The notes beneath the pieces were generated by a model, which was not told where the DNA came from, ran no database searches, and saw only the letters and a program-made list of their open reading frames with translations. The translations under genes were made by a program, and so were the position numbers. Positions 48,009-57,828 of a DNA stretch of 64,000 bases are shown here, in pieces. Source of the DNA: Alphaproteobacteria bacterium (GTDB lineage: Bacteria > Pseudomonadota > Alphaproteobacteria > JAJTHO01 > CANGXP01); contig CANGXP010000002.1 in NCBI GenBank assembly GCA_947457935.1, forward strand, positions 47,701 to 111,700, in the 5' to 3' direction. Position 1 is the first letter of the stretch, and the number at the start of each line of letters is the position of its first letter.

Positions 48009-48060
48009 TTAAAATCCTGCATATTGTCTTTGCTGCGCCTCGCCGTACTCAGGTAGTTTT
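48009..48060 (-). repeat. Interspersed mosaic repeat, copy E (3-prime-end module only)
   Basis: The reverse complement GGCGAGGCGCAGCAAAGACAATATGCAGGATTTTAAGTGGATGG matches the conserved GTGGCGCAGC...AATAGCAGGAATTTAATGGGYTTGG end-module of copies A and D. It abuts the miaB start codon. Confidence 0.45.
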
Positions 48061-48104
48061 CTACATTCTGTGCGGCTCGGCTGGCGCGCCAAATCTTCAG
48101 AATT

Positions 48105-48920
48105 TTACGAAGGATGGCATACTTGTAAAGTAACATTCTTTTCCCGTCTGCCCGTATAACTCTCTTTCAACCCTTGCGCTACTTTATTTTCGCAATGGTG
48201 GCTCAGTTCCTTACGGTTTTTAAAATCATCTTTCGCCACAACGGGGTGATAGGTCACGCGCACGGTCACCTTACCAAGCCCGAGGAATGCGAGCAGGTGC
48301 GTGCCCAACTCCATATCGCCATACCACGTTACAAACGGGCGCAATACACGGTTAATAGGCATCCCATCCAGTTTGGTATAGGCAACCGTAACGGGCTGAA
48401 TCATCAGTCCTTCAGGGCTTTCTTCTGACGTTGCCACACCAAACAAGGTGCTTTTGAAGGGCAGCACGCGATTTCCATCTGTGCTTGTGCCTTCTGGAAA
48501 CAATACAAGATTTTGCTTGGCTTTCAGGGCGGTGGCAATTTCTGCTTGGTGTTGTTTAGCAAGGCGGGGATTGCGCTCAATAAAAATGGTGCGATGGCAA
48601 CGCGCGAGGAAACCAATAATAGGCCAGCCATCAATTTCTTTTTTCGCCACAAACGAGGCATGGAGTTCTGCCCCCAGCACCACAATATCTAAATATGAAC
48701 TATGGTTGGCAACAAACAACGTGGGGATATGCGGCGAAATCTTACCTTCCCGCTCAATTTTTAGCCCTAAAATTTTTGCCGTTACTTTATGCCAGCGTTG
48801 CGGCATGAAATCGCGTCGCGGAAGCTTGAAAAGTCCCGCAACGCTGAATAACGCAAGCATAAAGAGCGTCCAGCATAAAATTGCCGCCAAACGCCAAACG
48901 ATGTTAAGCGGCTTAATCAT
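48105..48920 (-). CDS. olsA: Lysophospholipid acyltransferase family protein (PlsC-like). Position and size fit OlsA of ornithine-lipid synthesis
   Basis: PlsC H(x)4D motif region (FVANHSSYLDIVVL) and FPEGT motif (LVLFPEGTST). 271 aa. It overlaps the upstream GNAT-like gene by 4 nt. Confidence 0.55.
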   Translation of the reverse strand: MIKPLNIVWRLAAILCWTLFMLALFSVAGLFKLPRRDFMPQRWHKVTAKILGLKIEREGKISPHIPTLFVANHSSYLDIVVLGAELHASFVAKKEIDGWPIIGFLARCHRTIFIERNPRLAKQHQAEIATALKAKQNLVLFPEGTSTDGNRVLPFKSTLFGVATSEESPEGLMIQPVTVAYTKLDGMPINRVLRPFVTWYGDMELGTHLLAFLGLGKVTVRVTYHPVVAKDDFKNRKELSHHCENKVAQGLKESYTGRREKNVTLQVCHPS

Positions 48921-49822
48921 GCGGCAGGGCTATTGCCATCATCGGTGTTAGGCAAACTCCGACTATAATTTTTCTTATATTTATCGGTGAGCATTTCCAT
49001 CCGCACAATCATGCACACATCGGTTGTGTTAAATTGCCAGTCAATCACCGCCCCTGCACTGACTAACCCGCCAATCCGCAGATACCCTTTAATCAACGGC
49101 GGCATTTCGGCTAGCGCCTCTTTTACGTCAATTTTCTCAAAAGGAATATTATTCATTTCCACATAACGGCTTGGCAAAGCACGGGGGCGTATTTCCTCAG
49201 GCGCGAGATGATAATGATGCAAATACGCAAGAGCGCGATGGAGCTTACTGACATCGGTGCCGTGGAAACTCGCGCACCCAAACATGAGTTCAATGTCATG
49301 GATAAACGCATAGTTTGCAAGCCCGCGCCACAGCATTTGCATGGTTGTGCCTGTGCGATAGTTCGGCGCAACACAAGACCGCCCCACTTCCAACACTTCG
49401 CCTTGATAGGCTTCTAGGCAACTCACGTCATATTCACTGGCGGAATAAAACCCGCCTGCTTTAATCGCCATTTTTCGGGTAATGAGACGATATGTTCCGA
49501 CAACCGCATCGTTACCGGTTTGGGTGGAATCAATCACCAACAAATGGTCACATAGCGCATCGAGATGATCAAAATCACGCTCAAGACGCAAAATTTCCGC
49601 TGTTGGTTGCGCGCGCATTTCTTCATAAAATATCTTGTAACGCAAGCGTTGTCCGGCTTTCACCTCTTCTTCTGATTCGGCAAGGCGCACACACATATCG
49701 CCCACCCAAATCTCAAGCTTGGCATTGGGGCTAAAACTATCCACTCTCGCAACGTCTGGATCAAACGCGTCCTCTAAACTTTGTGGCACGCTTTGCGGCG
49801 GGATTTTGCTCTTCTCTAACAT
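48917..49822 (-). CDS. olsB: GNAT-fold hemolysin-like N-acyltransferase. Candidate ornithine N-acyltransferase OlsB
   Basis: About 300 aa, general similarity to OlsB-type acyltransferases, and the olsB-olsA operon arrangement known from rhizobia. This is inferred from size, order and composition, not from a diagnostic motif. Confidence 0.5.
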   Translation of the reverse strand: MLEKSKIPPQSVPQSLEDAFDPDVARVDSFSPNAKLEIWVGDMCVRLAESEEEVKAGQRLRYKIFYEEMRAQPTAEILRLERDFDHLDALCDHLLVIDSTQTGNDAVVGTYRLITRKMAIKAGGFYSASEYDVSCLEAYQGEVLEVGRSCVAPNYRTGTTMQMLWRGLANYAFIHDIELMFGCASFHGTDVSKLHRALAYLHHYHLAPEEIRPRALPSRYVEMNNIPFEKIDVKEALAEMPPLIKGYLRIGGLVSAGAVIDWQFNTTDVCMIVRMEMLTDKYKKNYSRSLPNTDDGNSPAA

Positions 49823-49829
49823 GATACGC

Positions 49830-50240
49830 CTATTTTTTTATCTTCCGAGCATACAGCTCTAAACGGTGTCCGACAAGCTCATATCCCAACAAAGCGGCTT
49901 GCTCTTGTTGCAATCGCTCAATCACATCATTGTGAAACTCAATAACAGTCCCGCTTTCCATGTCGATCAAGTGATCATGGTGTTCTTCGGGAATTTCTTC
50001 ATACCGCGCTCTGCCGTCGCCAAACTCATGTTTTTGCAGAATATTCGCTTCTTCAAACAGTCGCACTGTCCTGTAAACAGTCGCAATGCTTATTTTAGGA
50101 TCAATATCAATCGCGCGACGATACACCATATCCACATCAGGATGATCCAACGAATCCGACAGAACTTGAGCGATAACACGCCGCTGTTCTGTCATTTTCA
50201 GTCCTTTTTCAAGGCAAATATTTTCTATTTTTGAAGGCAT
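49830..50240 (-). CDS. Fur-family metalloregulator (Irr-like: HHDH motif, no C-terminal CxxC)
   Basis: 136 aa with a winged-helix N-terminus and the metal-site motif EEHHDHLID. The cysteine pair of classical Fur is absent. Confidence 0.7.
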   Translation of the reverse strand: MPSKIENICLEKGLKMTEQRRVIAQVLSDSLDHPDVDMVYRRAIDIDPKISIATVYRTVRLFEEANILQKHEFGDGRARYEEIPEEHHDHLIDMESGTVIEFHNDVIERLQQEQAALLGYELVGHRLELYARKIKK

Positions 50241-50317
50241 TGTTTACCGTTGCAATTCATCTGTTGTTCACAGAATACACCTATACGCCGTTTCAGAAAA
50301 TAACGCAATCGTTGCGC

Positions 50318-51493
50318 TTACGCCGCACTTGATAGCTTTGTCTTAGTCTCCGCATACGCCCATTCAATCCATGGGAACAACGCTTCTAAATCCGCTGTTT
50401 CAACAGTGGCACCGCCCCACAGGCGCAAGCCAGCGGGTGCATCACGATAGCCCGCAATATCAAACGCCACACCTTCTTTTTCCAAGGCACCTGCCAAGCC
50501 TTTAATAACGGCTTGCTGTTGGTCGCCCGTTTGCGCGGTGAACCATGCGTCCTTAATCACCAAGCAAATGGAGGTGTTAGAGCGCACCGCCACATCTTCT
50601 GCCAAAAACGAAATCCACGGTGTTTTGGCAACCCATGCCGTAACAGCGGCAAGATTTTGCTGTGCGCGTTTCTTTAAAGCGGGTAAGCCGCCGATGGATG
50701 CCGCCCAATCAAGTGCATCGCGGTAATCTTCCACACAAATCATTGACGGGGTATTGATCGTTTCCCCTTGGAAAATACCGTCAATCAGCTTGCCACCCTT
50801 AGTAAGACGGAAGATTTTGGGGAGTGGCCAAGCGGGTTTATACGTCTCTAAGCGTTCAACAGCGCGAGGGCTTAAAATCAAAATACCATGTTGCGCTTCC
50901 CCGCCGAGCACTTTCTGCCAAGAGAACGTGGTTGCATCAAGCTTATCCCACGGTAAATCCATGGCAAACGCCGCTGATGTTGCATCACACAATGTTAAGC
51001 CTTGGCGGTCTGCGGCAATCCAGTTGCCATTGGGCACGCATACGCCCGATGTTGTGCCATTCCAGCAGAACACAATATCGCTGTTATTATCAACTTGGGA
51101 GAGGTCTGTAATCTTCCCGTAATCCGCTGTAAAGGTGCGCACATTGGGGAGTTTCAACTGCTTTACAATGTCTGTTACCCACCCTTCGCTGAAGCTTTCC
51201 CACGCAAGCACATCAACGGGGCGTGCGCCAAGCAACGTCCACATAATACACTCAAACGCGCCTGTATCAGAGGCAGGCAGAATACCGATTTTATAATCAG
51301 CAGGAACACCCAACACCGCACGGGTTTTCTCAATCACGTCTTTAAGGCGTTGCTTACCCTCTTTACCACGATGCGACCGCCCCACTAACGAGTCTTTCAG
51401 GGACTCAATCGTCCAATTCGGGCGTTTCGCACAAGGGCCAGAGGAGAAATTAGGATTTTTAGGGCGGGCGGTTGGTTTTGTCATGGATGTCAA
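50318..51493 (-). CDS. serC: Phosphoserine aminotransferase
   Basis: 391-aa class-V aminotransferase with the alphaproteobacterial SerC layout. The PLP-lysine region is present ([10 protein letters not shown]). Confidence 0.8.
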   Translation of the reverse strand: MTSMTKPTARPKNPNFSSGPCAKRPNWTIESLKDSLVGRSHRGKEGKQRLKDVIEKTRAVLGVPADYKIGILPASDTGAFECIMWTLLGARPVDVLAWESFSEGWVTDIVKQLKLPNVRTFTADYGKITDLSQVDNNSDIVFCWNGTTSGVCVPNGNWIAADRQGLTLCDATSAAFAMDLPWDKLDATTFSWQKVLGGEAQHGILILSPRAVERLETYKPAWPLPKIFRLTKGGKLIDGIFQGETINTPSMICVEDYRDALDWAASIGGLPALKKRAQQNLAAVTAWVAKTPWISFLAEDVAVRSNTSICLVIKDAWFTAQTGDQQQAVIKGLAGALEKEGVAFDIAGYRDAPAGLRLWGGATVETADLEALFPWIEWAYAETKTKLSSAA

Positions 51494-51760
51494 CTTATCA
51501 AGATGGTTAAGAGCAGCGCATACTAAGGTCTGTGAGAAACAGCGTCAACCCCTAAGAACCTATCCACAATCACATGATCCCTTGCTGCAAATGACGTTTT
51601 TCTGCGATACGATGCTCATGTATGAAAAATACACTGCGCTTCGTTTCTCGAAAACCATCCATTTTCGCTACGGGCTGATGCGATTTTGAACAGGTTCTAA
51701 CCTTTTGTTAATGATTTCCCTCTAAGCTATCCCCTAATCAACAATAAACACCATAGACAA

Positions 51761-53902
51761 ATGGCCACACCGCTTCCCGCTGCACTTCCCAATCCTAACG
51801 CTGCACAAGGCAATGCAGCGGCTGGTTTTAGCTGGCTAACAGGGCTTGCTAAACGCGGTGATATTATCATGGCGTTGGGCATCGTCACCATTTTGGTGGT
51901 GTTGTTCTTTCCCATTCCCGCCGTTTTGCTTGATGTTGGTTTAGCCATTTCCTTAACACTGTCCGTATTAATTCTTATGGTGGCGTTGTTTATCGAAAAA
52001 CCGCTTGATTTCAGCAGTTTCCCAACCATTTTGCTGATCACCACCATGATTCGCCTTGCGCTCAACTTGGCATCCACCAAATTGATTTTGAATGAAGGGC
52101 ATCAAGGAACAGCATCTGCAGGACATGTGATTGAAGCGTTTGGTAATTTCCTGATGAGTGGCAATACGGTCATCGGGATCATCGTTTTCTCTATTTTGGT
52201 TATCGTCAACTTTATCGTTATCACCAAGGGTTCGGGGCGTATTGCCGAAGTTTCTGCGCGTTTTAGCTTAGATGCGATGCCCGGAAAACAAATGGCGATT
52301 GATGCCGATTTATCCGCAGGGCTTGTTGATGAAGCGGGTGCGAAACGTCGCCGTAAAGAATTAGAAGACGAGAGCAACTTTTTCGGGTCAATGGATGGGG
52401 CGGCAAAGTTCGTACGCGGGGATGCAATCGCGGGGCTGCTCATCACCTTTATTAACGTCATCGGCGGCATTATTATTGGTGTAGTGTTTAATGATATGCC
52501 GCTTGCTGAAGCGGGCAGAGTGTATACGTTTTTAACAATCGGTGATGGGTTAGTAACGCAAATTCCCGCACTTATCGTCTCGCTTGCAGCGGGTATGTTG
52601 GTCACCAAATCAGGAGACAGAGGGTCAACAGATAAAGCCGTATTTAAACAACTCTCAGGACAACCCAGCGCCTTGGGCATGAGTTCCTTCCTGATGGCAA
52701 CTTTTGCTTTTTTACCTGGTATTCCTGCCCTGCCGTTTCTTGTGATGGCAGGCGGCACAGGCTACATTGCCTACAACATGAAGAAAAACATGAAAACAGT
52801 GGCGGTTGCTGCCGAACAAGAAGCCATTAAAACGCAACAAGTGCAGTCTAAACAGGCAGCGGCAGAAGATGAACCTATTTCTAAAACGCTGAAAATTGAT
52901 GCGGTGCGCCTCGAGCTTGGCTATGGGCTGCTCTCTTTAATCAATGGTGAAAACGGCGCGAAACTGCCTGATCAAATTAAATCACTCCGTAAACAGCTTG
53001 CCAGCGAAATTGGCTTTATTGTGCCGTCTGTGCGCATTCAAGATAACTTGCAACTCAATAGTAATACCTACGTTATTCGCGTTAAAGAAATTGAGGCGGG
53101 ACGCGGGGATATTCGAGTGGGGCAATATCTTGTGATGGATCCTGCTGGTGGCAAAATTGATCTTGCGGGAGAGCCAACCGTTGAACCAACATTTGGCTTG
53201 CCAGCTTTATGGGTGAATGAAAATCAGAAGGAAGAGGCAACCTTTAAGGGCTATACGATTGTTGAGCCTGCAACGGTGTTAATTACGCACCTTACGGAAA
53301 TTATTAAAGATAATATGGCGGATTTATTGTCGTATTCTGAAACGCAAAAACTTTTGGATCAGGTGGATGAAGAACATAAAAAACTGGTTGCAGACGTTGT
53401 GCCTGATAAAATCTCTGTCACAGGGTTACAGCGCGTATTGCAATCGTTATTGCAAGAGCGGGTTTCCGTGCGGGATCTGCCGAGTATTTTAGAAGGCATT
53501 GCCGAGGCAACAGGGCAAACCCGCAACCTTACGCTGATTACGGAGCATGTGCGCATGCGGCTGTCACGGAGCATCAGTGAAGCCTGCGCGAATGATCAAG
53601 GTATTCTGTTGCTTGTTGCGTTGTCTGCAGATTGGGATAATGCCTTCCATGATGCCCTTATCAGTCATGGAGAAGACAAACAACTGGCGATGGCACCGAG
53701 TAAAATTCAAGAATTCATGGTCAAAACACGCCAAACATTTGAAAAACACGCTATGTCTGGCGAGTTCCCTGCCCTGCTTACCACGCCTAGCATTCGCCCC
53801 TATGTGCGCACCGTGATAGAGCGTTTCCGCCCTTCAACGATTGTATTATCGCAAAATGAAATTCATCCCAAGGCACGAATAAAGACGGTGGGGCAGATTT
53901 AA
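51761..53902 (+). CDS. flhA: Flagellar biosynthesis protein FlhA (type III export apparatus)
   Basis: 713 aa with N-terminal multi-TM FHIPEP motifs (RGDIIMALGIVTILVVLFFPIPAVLLDVGLAISLTLSVLILMVALFI, FSLDAMPGKQMAIDADL) and a large cytoplasmic C-domain. No other flagellar genes are adjacent. Confidence 0.85.
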   Translation: MATPLPAALPNPNAAQGNAAAGFSWLTGLAKRGDIIMALGIVTILVVLFFPIPAVLLDVGLAISLTLSVLILMVALFIEKPLDFSSFPTILLITTMIRLALNLASTKLILNEGHQGTASAGHVIEAFGNFLMSGNTVIGIIVFSILVIVNFIVITKGSGRIAEVSARFSLDAMPGKQMAIDADLSAGLVDEAGAKRRRKELEDESNFFGSMDGAAKFVRGDAIAGLLITFINVIGGIIIGVVFNDMPLAEAGRVYTFLTIGDGLVTQIPALIVSLAAGMLVTKSGDRGSTDKAVFKQLSGQPSALGMSSFLMATFAFLPGIPALPFLVMAGGTGYIAYNMKKNMKTVAVAAEQEAIKTQQVQSKQAAAEDEPISKTLKIDAVRLELGYGLLSLINGENGAKLPDQIKSLRKQLASEIGFIVPSVRIQDNLQLNSNTYVIRVKEIEAGRGDIRVGQYLVMDPAGGKIDLAGEPTVEPTFGLPALWVNENQKEEATFKGYTIVEPATVLITHLTEIIKDNMADLLSYSETQKLLDQVDEEHKKLVADVVPDKISVTGLQRVLQSLLQERVSVRDLPSILEGIAEATGQTRNLTLITEHVRMRLSRSISEACANDQGILLLVALSADWDNAFHDALISHGEDKQLAMAPSKIQEFMVKTRQTFEKHAMSGEFPALLTTPSIRPYVRTVIERFRPSTIVLSQNEIHPKARIKTVGQI

Positions 53903-53957
53903 GAACTACAGATAATTTTCCGCCGCGTTGTATGAGCGGGCGGAAGAATTACAATAT

Positions 53958-54899
53958 TTATTCTATTTCTATTTCTACCCCCTCTTTTTCAGATTGCTTG
54001 GTTAGGTAAATCACGAGGTCTTCTCTGTCTGCCTTTCCAATTGGCTCCTTGGTATCTTTATATGTTAATCTAGAAACGTATGTAGCCTCAGAGGCAAGAT
54101 ACCAACTTTCTTCCTTAGGCAATCGAATAATTCTACCTCGATATTCTAGAAGTACATAGAATCTATCAGAGAAGAACCAATTAAAATTATGATGTGTTGA
54201 GGCATCTGGTGTCAGCTCAACATCATCAAAAACTTCATGGCTATCAAAATAATTAGCTTTATCGTGATATTCTATGCATAAAATTTCTTCTTGCGCGACA
54301 ACTAACCCCTCGAAAGTACTCTCAACATAAAGCTCTATTTCGTCTTCAAGCATATGGTTAATTGAAAAAATCCTATTTTGGATATTTTCACCAGATGTTT
54401 CTTCTTTTATAAACCAACCCGTGTCTACTCTGAAAATATAATATTGAAGAGGAAAATTTTCTTTTGCATGATCATCCCATAGTCTGTAGAAAAATAAGGA
54501 TCTTTTAAAATTTTCTATAATCTCTTTTTTATCCACTTCGCTGGGCGGCGTTTCATAGCGTTCTTTGATTGCTTGAGTAAAGTTAGATATTTTCTCCCTT
54601 GGCTTGTCAAAAGTGTAGTTGTCAGCTTTTAATTCAAGGACATCGCAAAATTCTACAAATGTTCCGATGAAGTCTTTTTCAACAAAGTTGCTCCATTTCT
54701 GATATAATTCAAATCTTCTCATACATGAGCGTCTCAATATATCGCTGGTAAGATAGCGCATCTCCGAATCTATTTTGTCTATATCTTCCTTTATGTTGAA
54801 GAATATCGATTGATCTTCTAACGCGTTTGTAGTGTCAATACTGGTTATCGCATCGTTAATATCTTTTAGACGCTGGATATATTCTTCTGGTTTAAACAT
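53958..54899 (-). CDS. AT-rich orphan hypothetical protein: acidic, cytoplasmic, 313 aa
   Basis: Long ORF in a segment with clearly lower GC than the surroundings. It is on the same strand as asd, 25 bp downstream of it. I recognise no motif. Confidence 0.4.
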   Translation of the reverse strand: MFKPEEYIQRLKDINDAITSIDTTNALEDQSIFFNIKEDIDKIDSEMRYLTSDILRRSCMRRFELYQKWSNFVEKDFIGTFVEFCDVLELKADNYTFDKPREKISNFTQAIKERYETPPSEVDKKEIIENFKRSLFFYRLWDDHAKENFPLQYYIFRVDTGWFIKEETSGENIQNRIFSINHMLEDEIELYVESTFEGLVVAQEEILCIEYHDKANYFDSHEVFDDVELTPDASTHHNFNWFFSDRFYVLLEYRGRIIRLPKEESWYLASEATYVSRLTYKDTKEPIGKADREDLVIYLTKQSEKEGVEIEIE

Positions 54900-54923
54900 C
54901 GTAAATTCCCTTCAAAGAACACT

Positions 54924-55937
54924 CTACAAGTAATTCTCAATCAACACTTCTGCAATCTGCACGCTGTTGAGTGCCGCTCCCTTACGCACGTTGTCGGCTA
55001 CAATCCACAAGTTTAAACCGTGCTCTACAGTCGGGTCTTTACGGATACGACTCACATACACAGGGTCTTGCCCACTGCTTTCTTTGGGGGTCATAAACCC
55101 ATATTCATCGGGGTTATCCGTCAACCAAACACCGTCTGCTTCTTGTAGAGCAGCGCGGGCTTCCGCCACGCTAATCGGGCTTTCAAATTCCACGTTTACG
55201 GCTTCTGCGTGCCCCACAAACACAGGCACACGCACACATGTTGCCGAAACATCAATCCCCGCATCAAGGATTTTCTTGGTCTCCACCTGCATTTTCCATT
55301 CTTCTTTGGTGTAGCCATCGTCCATAAACACATCAATTTGCGGGATGACGTTAAACGCGATTGGCTTTGAAAAGTGTTCGCTGGGGGCTGCCGTGTTCAT
55401 CAAAATAGCACGGGTTTGGTTATACAACTCATCCATTGCGCCCTTCCCTGCCCCCGAAACGGATTGATAGGTCGCAACCACAATCCGTTTAATCCGTGCA
55501 ATGTCATGCAGCGGCTTTAACGCCGTGACCATCTGAATGGTGGAGCAGTTCGGGTTGGCAATAATATTGCGCTTTGTATAGTCCGCAATCGCATCCGCAT
55601 TCACCTCAGGCACGACCAATGGCACGTCTTTATCCATACGAAAATGAGAGGTGTTATCAATCACTACACAGCCCGCTGCTGCCGCTTTGGGTGCATAAAT
55701 TGCGGATACTTTCCCCCCCGGAGAGAACAGAGCAATTTGGCATTGCGAGAAATCAAAGGTGGCGAGATCTTGAACCGTCAGACGAATATCATCGCCAAAC
55801 GACACTTCCTTGCCCACAGAACGGCTAGATGCCAGCGCGAATACTTTATCCACAGGAAACTTGCGCTCGAACAGCGTTTCCAACATGGCGCGTCCCACGT
55901 TTCCCGTCGCGCCCACAACAGCAACATTGTATTTCAT
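54924..55937 (-). CDS. asd: Aspartate-semialdehyde dehydrogenase
   Basis: NADP-binding VAVVGATGNVGR, active-site Cys context (IANPNCSTIQ) and a C-terminal dimerisation domain. 337 aa. Confidence 0.9.
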   Translation of the reverse strand: MKYNVAVVGATGNVGRAMLETLFERKFPVDKVFALASSRSVGKEVSFGDDIRLTVQDLATFDFSQCQIALFSPGGKVSAIYAPKAAAAGCVVIDNTSHFRMDKDVPLVVPEVNADAIADYTKRNIIANPNCSTIQMVTALKPLHDIARIKRIVVATYQSVSGAGKGAMDELYNQTRAILMNTAAPSEHFSKPIAFNVIPQIDVFMDDGYTKEEWKMQVETKKILDAGIDVSATCVRVPVFVGHAEAVNVEFESPISVAEARAALQEADGVWLTDNPDEYGFMTPKESSGQDPVYVSRIRKDPTVEHGLNLWIVADNVRKGAALNSVQIAEVLIENYL

Positions 55938-55953
55938 TGTTTTATCATCCTTC

Positions 55954-56207
55954 TTAGGGGCATTAACTATATAGTTGTTTCAATTTAGAATTACCCATAG
56001 CCGAAAGCTGATGCTGCCAAAAAGCACTGCTTTTTGCAACAGCAGCCAATGAGCTTTACTAAACACAAGCCCAAAAGGGCGAAGTGATTAGTTTAGGCGG
56101 AATTGAAGCAGCGGCACGAAGTTTACCTTTTTGTAAATGAGAGACGCTAAGGGAAGTTTGCAGGCAGGGGTAATTTTAAAGTGGGACGACTATAGCAGCC
56201 ACAATCT
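55954..56207 (+). repeat. Interspersed mosaic repeat, copy C: modules 1, 3-like and 2, between the class IV aminotransferase gene and the asd start
   Basis: TTAGGGGCATTAACTATATAGTTGTTTCAATTTAGAATTACCCATAGCCGAAAGC (module 1). CTAAACACAAGCCCAAAAGGGCGAAGTGATTAGTTTAGGCGG (module 3-like). GTAAATGAGAGACGCTAAGGGAAGTTTGCAGGCAGGGG...GGGACGACTATAGCAGCC (module 2). Confidence 0.65.
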
Positions 56208-57003
56208 GTTCCCGCAAGGCAAGAGCATGTTTTTCTCGTTTTGGAATAATCCCCAACGGGCGAATTTCGGCAATAGGGGCAATCAGGGTGCCGATGTTGC
56301 TCATAAAAATCTCATCTGCCTGTTGGAGTGCGTCAAGCGCGTAGTGCCCTTCGGCAATTTTTCCTTGCCACAACGTAAGAATTTTGTGGCGCACCGTCCC
56401 TGCCACTAAGGGTAAATCCAGTGAGGGCGTATACAGTGTATCCCCCGTAATCCAGAATAGATTGCCGCTTGCTGTTTCACAAATGCGCCCCGATGCATCG
56501 CATAACAGTGCATTATCACAGGCGTTTTGTTCTGCTTCCAACATTGCCATAACGTACGGCAAGGCACTATTCGTTTTGCAGGGGGCAACCATTGAGCCGA
56601 TAATACTACTCTGCCATAGCGTAATTCTTTTTAAAGAAGGCAACGGCTTTGCAAATGTTTGGATGAGAAGTGTTGCGTTGTGGTGTTTCGGTAAATACCC
56701 CACTGCATCAGCGGGATTCTCCCCCCGTGTTACCACCAACCGCACATAGCCTGTATCGAACGAATTTTTGTTGATAATTGCGGCACATAGCACCTCGAGC
56801 GTATCCGCCTCTGGGAGGTTCAGACGAAAATACGTCAGTCCCTTGCGTAAACGCGCAAAATGCGTCTCAGGTTCAAATATTTTGCCTTTATACACAAACA
56901 GCGTTTCAAAAATGCCGTCTCCAAAACGGAATGACCTGTCTTCCGCTGTAAATAGAGGCGTTCCAGCGGGGTGATATTCTGCTTTATAATAGACAAAACT
57001 CAT
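56176..57003 (-). CDS. Class IV PLP aminotransferase (PabC / D-amino-acid or branched-chain aminotransferase family)
   Basis: 275 aa with the fold-type IV signature region (GIFETLFVYKGKIF, EADEIFMSNIGTLIAP). Confidence 0.6.
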   Translation of the reverse strand: MSFVYYKAEYHPAGTPLFTAEDRSFRFGDGIFETLFVYKGKIFEPETHFARLRKGLTYFRLNLPEADTLEVLCAAIINKNSFDTGYVRLVVTRGENPADAVGYLPKHHNATLLIQTFAKPLPSLKRITLWQSSIIGSMVAPCKTNSALPYVMAMLEAEQNACDNALLCDASGRICETASGNLFWITGDTLYTPSLDLPLVAGTVRHKILTLWQGKIAEGHYALDALQQADEIFMSNIGTLIAPIAEIRPLGIIPKREKHALALREQIVAAIVVPL

Positions 57004-57806
57004 GCGTCTAATTTCTCCAGTAGTTCTTGTACTACTAATAAATCATGCCATGCTTCTTTCTTTTGTGCGGGAGAACGCAAGAGATAAGACGGGTGAAATG
57101 TTGCAACAGCGGGAATCGTTGTGCCATCCGCAAGCGTGTATACAACCTGCTTGCCGCGCAAGCGCATAATCCCCTCACTACTTTTCAACAAACTTTTTGC
57201 GGCAACACCCCCCAAAAACAATAAGAGTTTGGGGCGCACAAGGGCGATGTGTTGTGCAATGAACGGCAGACAGGCAGCAATTTCTTGGTCTGTGGGGGTG
57301 CGATTTCCGGGGGGGCGCCACGGCAATACGTTGCTGATGTAGACATGGGTTCTGTCTAACCCGATTGCCGAGAGCATCTTATCCAGCAATTTACCGCTTG
57401 CGCCCACAAAGGGTAATCCTTGCTTGTCCTCCTCGGCTCCGGGGGCTTCACCTACCAGCATCAGTGCGGCTTTGGGATTGCCATCTGCAAACACGAGATT
57501 GGTTGCGGTTGTGCGTAACGCGCAGCCTGTGAACGCGGTCATTTGTGCTTTGAGTTCTGCAAGGGTGGTAGCCGTTGGCTGCGCCAAAACCTCTTGAAAC
57601 AACGGCGTTATCGTGGCGGTGGGCGGCGCAACAACGGGAGGCACGGGAGCGGCAACAGGCGCAACTGTTGCAAAATGGTCGATTGGTGTGATATTTACGC
57701 GTTCATCCACGCCAATTTCAATTAACCATTCTGTAAAAGCGGTATCTAAAAGCACAGGATGCCCTTGCATATTTCTAAAGTATTCCATATTACTTTTTAA
57801 GCCCAT
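57000..57806 (-). CDS. Uracil-DNA glycosylase, family 4, with an N-terminal Pro/Ala-rich extension
   Basis: Family-4 UDG motifs GEAPGAEEDKQGLPFVGASGKLLD and HPSYLLR. 268 aa. It overlaps the downstream aminotransferase gene by 4 nt. Confidence 0.75.
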   Translation of the reverse strand: MGLKSNMEYFRNMQGHPVLLDTAFTEWLIEIGVDERVNITPIDHFATVAPVAAPVPPVVAPPTATITPLFQEVLAQPTATTLAELKAQMTAFTGCALRTTATNLVFADGNPKAALMLVGEAPGAEEDKQGLPFVGASGKLLDKMLSAIGLDRTHVYISNVLPWRPPGNRTPTDQEIAACLPFIAQHIALVRPKLLLFLGGVAAKSLLKSSEGIMRLRGKQVVYTLADGTTIPAVATFHPSYLLRSPAQKKEAWHDLLVVQELLEKLDA

Positions 57807-57828
57807 AAAGAATAATAGAAAAGGCTTT

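Noticed and set aside
57613-57828. Upstream 72 codons of the TPR protein ORF as given in the ORF track
   Set aside because: This stretch lies entirely inside the divergent UDG gene and encodes a Gly/Thr/Ala-rich low-complexity peptide. The GTG at 57829 gives a clean lipoprotein signal immediately after the UDG start region.
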